Source: Rhodanobacteraceae bacterium
GTDB lineage: Bacteria; Pseudomonadota; Gammaproteobacteria; Xanthomonadales; Rhodanobacteraceae
DNA length: 64,000 nt
Assembly (NCBI GenBank): GCA_050738155.1
Contig: JBOHYW010000002.1
Location: forward strand, 2,838 to 66,837
Direction: 5' to 3'
Of this stretch, positions 57,391 to 64,000 are shown one piece after another (position 1 is the stretch's first letter; every line of letters starts with the position of its first letter). Made by a program: the position numbers and the translations under genes. The notes below the pieces were generated by a model. That model did not search any database. It was not told the origin of the DNA and saw only the letters and a program-made list of their open reading frames with translations.

Positions 57391-57415
57391 GCACTTCACG
57401 GTCCCCGTGAAGTGC
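57391..57415. promoter_or_regulatory. perfect 11-3-11 palindrome abutting the sulfotransferase Shine-Dalgarno
   Basis: GCACTTCACGG-tcc-CCGTGAAGTGC, read directly. It sits in the 160-bp divergent region between the sulfotransferase and the DLH gene. Confidence 0.5.
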
Positions 57416-57537
57416 ATCACAACGCAAGATATCGCTGCATGCTAGCAGAAAAAAACGGGACGCAATCGGCGGGATCGCTGCAAGCTGCCCGACAACCGCG
57501 TACGCTGCCAAGATCGCAACTCTTGGGAGTAACCGTC

Positions 57538-58215
57538 GTGGGCGAATCGATCCGCTTGAACACTGCCGGCATGCACTGCATCGGCGCCTATGTCGCCAAG
57601 CCGACCGGTAAACCCAAGGGCGGTATCGTGGTGGTGCAGGAAATTTTCGGCATCACTGCGCACATCCGCGAGGTCGCCGACGGTTTCGCGAAGCACGGCT
57701 ACACCGCGATCGCGCCGGCGTTCTTCGATTACGTCGAGAACGACGTCGAACTCGAATACGACAAGCCCGGCATGGAGCGCGGCAAGGGCCTCGCGGCGGA
57801 AGTGGGACTGGAGCGCGCCGTCGAAGCCGTCGCCAGCGCTGCCGACTCGATCCGGTCATCCGGAAAAATCGGCGTGGTGGGTTATTGCTGGGGCGGCACC
57901 GTCGCGCTGCTCGCGGCGCAGCGGTTGGGATTACCTGCCGTGAGCTATTACGGCGCGCGCAACGTGCCGTTCCTCGACCAGCCGCTGCAAGCGCCGGTGA
58001 TGTTCCACTTCGGTGCGAAAGATCGCTCGATTCCCCCCGACGCCGTGCAAAAGCACCGCGACGCCTACCCCTACGCACCCGTGTACGTCTACGACAAGGC
58101 CGGCCACGCCTTCAACCGCAATGTCGATCCGACGCATTACGATCCGGTCGGCGCACCGGTGGCGCTGGAACGGACGCTGGCTTTCTTCGCGAAACACCTC
58201 GCGGGCGGCGCATGA
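57538..58215 (+). CDS. dienelactone hydrolase family protein; GTG start
   Basis: GGIVVVQEIFGIT...VVGYCWGG (nucleophile Cys). GGGAG Shine-Dalgarno. The track ORF from 57355 is rejected. Confidence 0.85.
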   Translation: MGESIRLNTAGMHCIGAYVAKPTGKPKGGIVVVQEIFGITAHIREVADGFAKHGYTAIAPAFFDYVENDVELEYDKPGMERGKGLAAEVGLERAVEAVASAADSIRSSGKIGVVGYCWGGTVALLAAQRLGLPAVSYYGARNVPFLDQPLQAPVMFHFGAKDRSIPPDAVQKHRDAYPYAPVYVYDKAGHAFNRNVDPTHYDPVGAPVALERTLAFFAKHLAGGA

Positions 58216-58634
58216 CCAGCGCGCGTGAGGAAGCCGGATTCGCGCTCGACCCGCGCCTTGCCGCGGACACGATCTTCATTGCCGATTGGCCGCTCTGCCG
58301 CATAGTGCTGATGGACGATGCACGCTTTCCGTGGCTGATCCTGGTGCCACGCCGGCCGAGTCTGGCCGAATTGGATGATCTCGACGCGAACGAGCGCCTC
58401 GCGTTGACGCACGAAATCGATCGCGCAATGACGTGGCTGCGCGCCACCTCGGCTTGCGACAAGCTCAACGTCGCCGCGCTCGGCAACATCGTTCGGCAAC
58501 TGCACGTGCATGTGGTCGCACGCCGCGAGGGTGATGCAGCCTGGCCAGGGCTCGTTTGGGGACACGGCACCGCCCGGCGCTACGCGCCCGCGCAACGCGA
58601 CGCACTGGCGGCCCGGTTACGTGCCTGCGCCTGA
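58212..58634 (+). CDS. HIT-family protein
   Basis: 140 aa, FPWLILVPRR...QLHVHVVAR histidine triad. ATGA overlap with the DLH stop. Confidence 0.8.
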   Translation: MTSAREEAGFALDPRLAADTIFIADWPLCRIVLMDDARFPWLILVPRRPSLAELDDLDANERLALTHEIDRAMTWLRATSACDKLNVAALGNIVRQLHVHVVARREGDAAWPGLVWGHGTARRYAPAQRDALAARLRACA

Positions 58635-58719
58635 TCCGGCGGTTCCACTCCAACTGCACAATTCCTCGCCGCCAAGCGCCTCCGCGGAGCGGGCAACGCA
58701 TGGCTTGTAATATCGGTCG

Positions 58720-59538
58720 ATGACCTGCGACATCACCATCGGACCGCTTGCCGAAGACACGCTGCTGCTGCATTTCGGCGACACCATCGATCCCGCGACC
58801 AACGCGCGCGTACACGCAGCGGCACGCGCACTCCGTGAAGCCGCGTTGCCGGGCGTGACCGACATCGCGCCGGCTTACGCGAGTTTGTTGATTCGCTTTG
58901 ATCCCCAGGCGCTGTGCGACCAGGACGATGCGTCTCCTTGCGCGCGAATCGCCGCCTTGTCACGCGCACTGCTGGACGGCATCGATGGCAAAAACCGCCT
59001 CCCTTCGGGAACGGCTACCCGAAGCGAAAGGGATTCATCCGGAACGGGTGTCGAAACCGACATGGGATTCGTGGAAATCCCGGTGTGCTACGGCGATGAA
59101 TTCGGCCCCGATCTCGAAGCTGTCGCGGCGCACGCCGGCATGTCCTCCGAAGAAGTGATCAGCCGCCACAGCGCCGTCGAGTACACCGTCGCCATGTTGG
59201 GTTTCGCGCCAGGCTTTCCGTACCTGCTCGGACTCGACCCGGCGCTGCACGTCCCGCGACGCGAAACGCCCCGCACGCGGGTACCGGCCGGCTCGGTCGC
59301 AATCGGCGGCGCCCAGACCGGCATCTATCCGCGCGAATTGCCGGGTGGTTGGAACTTGATCGGCCGCACGCCGCTGGCGTTGTTCGACCCGCAATACGAG
59401 TCGCCCGCGCTGCTGCTCCCCGGCGATCGCGTGCGCTTTCGGAACATCCAGAACGACGAGTTTGAAAGGCTCCGCGAAAAGTACCGCCATGGATGGCCGT
59501 CTGTTGATTCCCGCAATCATGGACGATCGCAAAAATGA
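58720..59538 (+). CDS. pxpB: 5-oxoprolinase subunit B (KipI/allophanate hydrolase subunit 1 family)
   Basis: [14 protein letters not shown]...[15 protein letters not shown]...[14 protein letters not shown]...[11 protein letters not shown]. Confidence 0.85.
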   Translation: MTCDITIGPLAEDTLLLHFGDTIDPATNARVHAAARALREAALPGVTDIAPAYASLLIRFDPQALCDQDDASPCARIAALSRALLDGIDGKNRLPSGTATRSERDSSGTGVETDMGFVEIPVCYGDEFGPDLEAVAAHAGMSSEEVISRHSAVEYTVAMLGFAPGFPYLLGLDPALHVPRRETPRTRVPAGSVAIGGAQTGIYPRELPGGWNLIGRTPLALFDPQYESPALLLPGDRVRFRNIQNDEFERLREKYRHGWPSVDSRNHGRSQK

Positions 59539-60524
59539 CCGTAGCCGAGGTCATCAAACCCGGCCTGCTGACGACGCTGCAGGACGGCGGTCGTCTTGGG
59601 TACGCGCATCTCGGCATCGGTCGCAGTGGCGCGTTCGACGCGCCCGCCTTGCGCATCGCCAATGCGTTGTGCGGCAATCCACGTGACGCGTGCGGGCTGG
59701 AAATCACGTTGCTCGGAGCGACTCTGCGTTTCCATGCCGATGTCTGGATTGCCGTGACCGGTGCGCCGTTGCCGATCGTGATCGGCGGCTTCGACATGCC
59801 AGTGTGGGCACCGCTGCCGGTTCGTGCTGGTGCGACAGTCACGCTGGGCGCAATACGCGCGGGCTGTCGAAGCTATCTTGCGGTACATGGCGGATTCGAC
59901 GTACAACCCGTGCTTGGCAGCCGCAGCACCGACGTCAACGCGGCGCTCGGGCCGCGCGACGGACGAGCGTTGCGCGCCGGCGACCGGCTTGCGCTCGTCG
60001 CAAGGAACGCCGGCCCGGATGCCGCCGGCTCAATCGCAATCCCCAAATGGTGGCTGGATCCGCGCCCATGGTTTGATGACGATCCACAGCGTCCGCTGCG
60101 ACTGCTTCCAGGGAGTCATCTCGATAATCTGACAGACACCTCACGCAAGCTTCTGTTTTCACAAGCATTCACTGTGCAAGCCGATTCCAACCGTGTGGGT
60201 TTGCGATTGGTGGGACCGAAGCTGGAATGGAAAGCGCCGATCGAAATGATCAGCGAGGGTTGCATCCCGGGGCTCTTGCAACTTCCACCTTCCGGGCAGC
60301 CCATCGCGTTCGGTCCCGAGTGCCCGGTCAGCGGCGGCTACCCGCGCATCGGGCAAATCGCCGCCATCGACATCCCCCTGCTCGCACAACGCCGGCCCGG
60401 CGATACGGTACGCTTCACGCCATGCACACTCGACGATGCTCTTCAGACGCTGTACCGACGCGAGCGTGCATTGCAAAAACTGGAAACGTTCATCGAAAAA
60501 CGCCTGCAGAAAGGGCTGCAATGA
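59535..60524 (+). CDS. pxpC: 5-oxoprolinase subunit C (KipA/allophanate hydrolase subunit 2 family)
   Basis: [26 protein letters not shown]...GGYPRIGQI. Confidence 0.85.
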   Translation: MTVAEVIKPGLLTTLQDGGRLGYAHLGIGRSGAFDAPALRIANALCGNPRDACGLEITLLGATLRFHADVWIAVTGAPLPIVIGGFDMPVWAPLPVRAGATVTLGAIRAGCRSYLAVHGGFDVQPVLGSRSTDVNAALGPRDGRALRAGDRLALVARNAGPDAAGSIAIPKWWLDPRPWFDDDPQRPLRLLPGSHLDNLTDTSRKLLFSQAFTVQADSNRVGLRLVGPKLEWKAPIEMISEGCIPGLLQLPPSGQPIAFGPECPVSGGYPRIGQIAAIDIPLLAQRRPGDTVRFTPCTLDDALQTLYRRERALQKLETFIEKRLQKGLQ

Positions 60525-60585
60525 CGGCCGACAGCACTCTTCTGGTACTGCAGACCCGAGTTCCGGGTTCCGGGTCCCGAGTCCC

Positions 60586-61353
60586 GTGAATACCATCGAC
60601 CTCAACGCGGATCTCGGCGAATCGTTCGGCGCCTGGCGCATGGGCGACGATGCCGGCGTGATGCCGTGGATCACCTCGGCCAACGTGGCGTGCGGGTTTC
60701 ATGCCGGCGATCCCGTCACGATCCGACGCACGCTCGCGTTGTGCATCGAGCACGGCGTCGCGATCGGTGCGCATCCGTCGCTGCCGGACCTGCAGGGTTT
60801 CGGTCGTCGCGAAATGAAAATTTCGCAGGACGAGGTGTACGCACAGACGCTGTACCAAATCGGTGCGCTGGAGGCGCTTGCACGTGCCGCCGGCTCGCAC
60901 CTGCACCACGTCAAACCGCATGGCGCGCTGTACAACATGGCCGCACGCGACCGCGATCTGGCCGACGCCATCGCCGCCGCCGTGCGCGATTTCGATCCAT
61001 GTCTGATCCTCGTTGGCCTGGCCGGAAGCCGCCTGATCGATGCCGGACGCGACGCCGGTCTGACCGTGCTGCGCGAGGGTTTTTGCGATCGTCGTTATCA
61101 ACCGGATGGTTCGTTGGCGCCGCGCACGCAAGCCGGCTCGGTCATCGAGGACATCGACACTGCCGTCGCGCAAGCCGTCGCCATTGCGGCGCATGCCGAA
61201 ATCGCCGCCACCGATGGCAGTCTGGTTCGCGTCGAAGCCGATACCTTGTGCGTGCACGGCGACCGCGCCAATGCGGCGGTGTTCGCCGAGCGTCTGCGCC
61301 GGGCACTGGAAAACGCGGCCGTGCGGGTGGCTGCAACCGAGTCGCCGACGTGA
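60586..61353 (+). CDS. pxpA: 5-oxoprolinase subunit A (LamB/YcsF family); GTG start
   Basis: VNTIDLNADLGESFGAWRMGDD...ACGFHAGDP...HVKPHGALYN. Confidence 0.88.
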   Translation: MNTIDLNADLGESFGAWRMGDDAGVMPWITSANVACGFHAGDPVTIRRTLALCIEHGVAIGAHPSLPDLQGFGRREMKISQDEVYAQTLYQIGALEALARAAGSHLHHVKPHGALYNMAARDRDLADAIAAAVRDFDPCLILVGLAGSRLIDAGRDAGLTVLREGFCDRRYQPDGSLAPRTQAGSVIEDIDTAVAQAVAIAAHAEIAATDGSLVRVEADTLCVHGDRANAAVFAERLRRALENAAVRVAATESPT

Positions 61354-61372
61354 TGCACTGGCCTAAATGCTT

Positions 61373-61432
61373 CCCCCTTCGGAACGAAGGGCGGAGCGAA
61401 GCGAACGCGCGAGCAGCGCGAGCGGGGATGGC
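61373..61432. repeat. CCCTTCG..CGAAGGG hairpin repeat (family 3), copy 2, in inverted orientation
   Basis: CCCCCTTCGgaaCGAAGGGcggagcgaagcgaacgcgcgagcagcgcgagcggggatgg. Confidence 0.65.
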
Positions 61433-61441
61433 CTTCCGAAC

Positions 61442-62203
61442 ATGAGCATTTTTCTTCATTACCTGCCGTTGATCGGGGTGCTGGTCGTCGTCATCGGCTT
61501 CGCGCTGCGCTTCAATCCGGTGCCGGTGGTGGTCGCTGCCGGTATCGCCAGCGGCCTCGCAGCGGGCAAATCGATCGGCGAAATCCTGTCACTGCTCGGC
61601 ACCAGTTTCGTGTCCGAACGCGCCTTGCTGCTGTTCGTGCTCACCCTGCCCGCGATCGGGGTGCTGGAACGCGCGGGCTTGCGCGAACACGTCGGAAATT
61701 GGATTGCAACGCTGCGAGGGCTCACCCTTTCACGCATTTTGATTGTCTATCTGGCCATACGGCAAATCTTGGCCATGCTCGGTTTAACCGATGTCGCGGG
61801 CCAGGCCCAGACCGTACGCCCGCTGCTGGCACCGATGGCGGAGGCCGCGGCTGAAAAACGCGGTACACCGTTGCGGAAGGCCGAACGCAACGACGTGCGC
61901 GCATTCAGCGCCGCCACCGACAATGTTGGCCGTTTCTTCGGCGAGGACGTATTCATCGCACTCGGCGCGGTGTTGTTGATCCAGGGTTTCTACGCGCAAC
62001 ACGGCATCGAGCTGCAACCGTTGCAGATCGCGCTGTGGGCACTGCCGACCGCGATCGCGGCGTTCGTCATCCATGCGATCCGTACCGTGTTGTTCGCGCG
62101 GCGAATAAAGAACGTGGCTACTGGTCCCGCAGCTTCTCCGGGGATCCAGAGTCGCTCCGCAAACGACCAGAAAAACATGCTGGACACGGATCAACACGGA
62201 TGA
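61442..62203 (+). CDS. DUF969-family membrane protein; its C-terminus reads into a hairpin repeat
   Basis: MSIFLHYLPLIGVLVVVIGFALRFNP... polytopic. The family call rests on memory of the DUF969-DUF979-pcp gene neighbourhood. Confidence 0.65.
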   Translation: MSIFLHYLPLIGVLVVVIGFALRFNPVPVVVAAGIASGLAAGKSIGEILSLLGTSFVSERALLLFVLTLPAIGVLERAGLREHVGNWIATLRGLTLSRILIVYLAIRQILAMLGLTDVAGQAQTVRPLLAPMAEAAAEKRGTPLRKAERNDVRAFSAATDNVGRFFGEDVFIALGAVLLIQGFYAQHGIELQPLQIALWALPTAIAAFVIHAIRTVLFARRIKNVATGPAASPGIQSRSANDQKNMLDTDQHG

Positions 62204-62250
62204 ACGCGGATGCAGAGCCCGATCCGTGTGTATCCACTTCAACCCGTGTC
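62183..62250. repeat. structured hairpin repeat, CACGGAT family, copy C; between the DUF969 and DUF979 genes
   Basis: GACACGGATcaaCACGGATgaaCGCGGATgcagagcccGATCCGTGTGtATCCACTTCaACCCGTGTC. Confidence 0.75.
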
Positions 62251-62287
62251 AAAAGGCTCTGACATTGACCCGTGAATTTCGAACAGC

Positions 62288-63256
62288 ATGCTGACGATCG
62301 AACATGCCTACTGGTTGATGGCGCTGTTTCTGGCCGGCGCGGCGTGGCTGAACCTGCGCGAACGCCGCTGGTCGCACGCGGCGTTCTGGGCGGTGTTGGC
62401 AGCCTTGTTGGCGGGCGGCGACAGCGTGTTGCACGCGGCAAAGTTGCATCACGAACTGCCCGCGCAACTGGCCGGAATCGGCGTGATCGCGTTGGCGGTA
62501 CTGTCGCCACGGATGAAACGTGGGCACATCGTCGAGCGCGACGAGGCTGCGCGCGAAGCCGACGCGAAACGATTGGGCCATCGCCTGTTCGGTCCGGCCG
62601 TGCTGATTCCACTGGTGACGCTGCTGGTCGCGGTGTTCGGCGCATACATCGTGATCGATGGATGGCACCTGTTCGACAAGACCCGCATGACCTTGACCGG
62701 GCTTGCGTTGTCCTGCGTGATCGCGCTCGTCGCCGCGCTGGCAGTCACACGCGCCAAGCCACGCGCCGGCCTCGTCGAAGGCCGCCGCCTGCTCGACACC
62801 CTGGGCTGGGCGGCGTTGTTGCCGCTGACGCTGGCCGCGTTGGGTGGCGTGTTCGCCGCGACTGGCGTCGGGGCGGCGGTATCCGATTTGGTTCGGATGC
62901 TGATTCCGATCCAGAGTGCGCTCGCCTGCATCGTGGCCTACGGGCTCGGCATGGTGTTGTTCACCGTGATCATGGGCAACGCGTTCGCCGCGTTCCCGGT
63001 GCTGACCGCGGGCGTCGGTTTGCCGCTGTTGATCCACCTGCACGGCGCCAATCCGGCGATCCTCGGTTCGCTCGGCATGCTGGCAGGCTACTGCGGCACG
63101 CTGTTCACGCCGATGGCCGCCAATTTCAACATCGTGCCGGTAGCGCTGCTGGAACTGCCGAACCAGAACGACGTGATCCGCGCGCAATGGAAGACCGGCG
63201 CGGTGCTGCTGGTCGTAAACTTGATCCTGATGTATTTCCTGGTCTTCCGTTTTTGA
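62288..63256 (+). CDS. DUF979-family membrane protein
   Basis: 322 aa, about 9-10 TM segments, directly upstream of pcp. Confidence 0.65.
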   Translation: MLTIEHAYWLMALFLAGAAWLNLRERRWSHAAFWAVLAALLAGGDSVLHAAKLHHELPAQLAGIGVIALAVLSPRMKRGHIVERDEAAREADAKRLGHRLFGPAVLIPLVTLLVAVFGAYIVIDGWHLFDKTRMTLTGLALSCVIALVAALAVTRAKPRAGLVEGRRLLDTLGWAALLPLTLAALGGVFAATGVGAAVSDLVRMLIPIQSALACIVAYGLGMVLFTVIMGNAFAAFPVLTAGVGLPLLIHLHGANPAILGSLGMLAGYCGTLFTPMAANFNIVPVALLELPNQNDVIRAQWKTGAVLLVVNLILMYFLVFRF

Positions 63257-63918
63257 AATCGTCCAGCCGCCAGCAACACCCGACCATCCTGCTGACCGGT
63301 TTCACGCCGTTTGGCGGTGAAACCGTGAATCCATCGTGGCAGGCGGTACGCGCGCTCGACGGCACGGTGATCGAAGGTCATCGCGTAGTCGCGCTGGAGT
63401 TGCCGACGGAATTCGCTGCCGCATTGCCGGCCTTGCGCCGCGCATTGCGCAAAGCCGGGCCGCGCGTTGCGATCGCGGTTGGCCTCGCCGGTGGACGCGA
63501 CGGCGTCTCGCTGGAACGCGTGGCCATCAACGTGATCGACGCACGCATCCCCGACAACGCCGGCACCCAGCCGATCGATATGCCCGTGATACGCGGCGGC
63601 CCGGCTGCGTATTTCACCACGTTGCCGATCAAGGCGGCACTGGCAGCCTTGCAGCGCGAAGGCATTGCCGCGCACGTCTCGCAGACCGCGGGCACCTACG
63701 TTTGCAACCAGGTGTTCTACGCGCTGATGCACGCGACCCGCCGCCGCCGACATTTGCGCGCGGGCTTCGTGCACGTGCCGTGGCTACCCGAGCAGGCGGC
63801 ACGCCACCATGCGCCCGGCATGCCCATCGAAGAAACCACGCGCGCGCTGGAAATCATCGTGCGCGCCGCGTTGACGACCTCGCGCGACGCGCATATGAGT
63901 GGTGGCGCGGAAAGCTGA
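63253..63918 (+). CDS. pcp: pyroglutamyl-peptidase I; TTG start with TTGA overlap
   Basis: ILLTGFTPFGGETVNPSW...SLERVAIN...SQTAGTYVCNQVFY (catalytic Cys)...GFVHVP (His). Confidence 0.88.
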   Translation: MKSSSRQQHPTILLTGFTPFGGETVNPSWQAVRALDGTVIEGHRVVALELPTEFAAALPALRRALRKAGPRVAIAVGLAGGRDGVSLERVAINVIDARIPDNAGTQPIDMPVIRGGPAAYFTTLPIKAALAALQREGIAAHVSQTAGTYVCNQVFYALMHATRRRRHLRAGFVHVPWLPEQAARHHAPGMPIEETTRALEIIVRAALTTSRDAHMSGGAES

Positions 63919-64000
63919 CCGACCGCAGACGCGGTCATGGGAGCGGCCCATGGCCGCGATGACCGCAATGCGAGGCGCCACGATCGCGCGCAACAGCAAA

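Overview
GC-rich gammaproteobacterial chromosome window. Gene order and repeat types look Xanthomonadales/Lysobacterales-like, but that is inference only. No rRNA, CRISPR array, transposase or integrase was seen.

Layout:
- 1-19.5 kb: core genes, mostly on the minus strand. These are the front of the his operon (TrpR/YerC-like regulator, hisG, hisD, hisC), an unusually long HAL-type ammonia-lyase, hisS, tRNA-Pro, HIT, GNAT, recR-ybaB-dnaX, and SRP RNA with a 5'-truncated second copy. They are followed by tRNA-Ser, moaE-D-C-A, an MBL hydrolase, Kdo kinase, a GT9 heptosyltransferase, a DUF6165-like gene and a DJ-1-like gene.
- 19.5-42 kb: a ~22 kb Wzx/Wzy-type polysaccharide locus. It holds wecA, four GT4 glycosyltransferases, Wzx, a Wzy candidate, Wzc and Wza. 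It also carries two sulfotransferases, an AsnB-type amidotransferase, a methyltransferase-like gene, a frameshifted methyltransferase relic, two kinase-fold proteins and a secreted unknown.
- 42-49.5 kb: receiver-domain fragment, MFS transporter, tRNA-Ser, mltD, a membrane protein, greB and rimO.
- 49.7-57.4 kb: a 2264-aa glycine-rich autotransporter with a third sulfotransferase gene directly upstream on the same strand.
- 57.5-64 kb: dienelactone hydrolase, HIT, pxpB-pxpC-pxpA, DUF969-DUF979 and pcp (a pyroglutamate cluster).

Most interesting observations:
- the sulfotransferase-autotransporter pair, where the sulfotransferase has no canonical start codon and a 25-nt palindrome abuts its Shine-Dalgarno;
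- the sulfotransferase-bearing polysaccharide locus;
- a 39-nt intergenic copy of an autotransporter segment;
- the 101-nt exact duplication of the SRP RNA core;
- a structured CACGGAT/ATCCGTG hairpin repeat family inserted inside operons;
- a TrpR-operator-like perfect palindrome in front of the his operon regulator.

All protein family calls come from reading motifs by eye. No database search was run.
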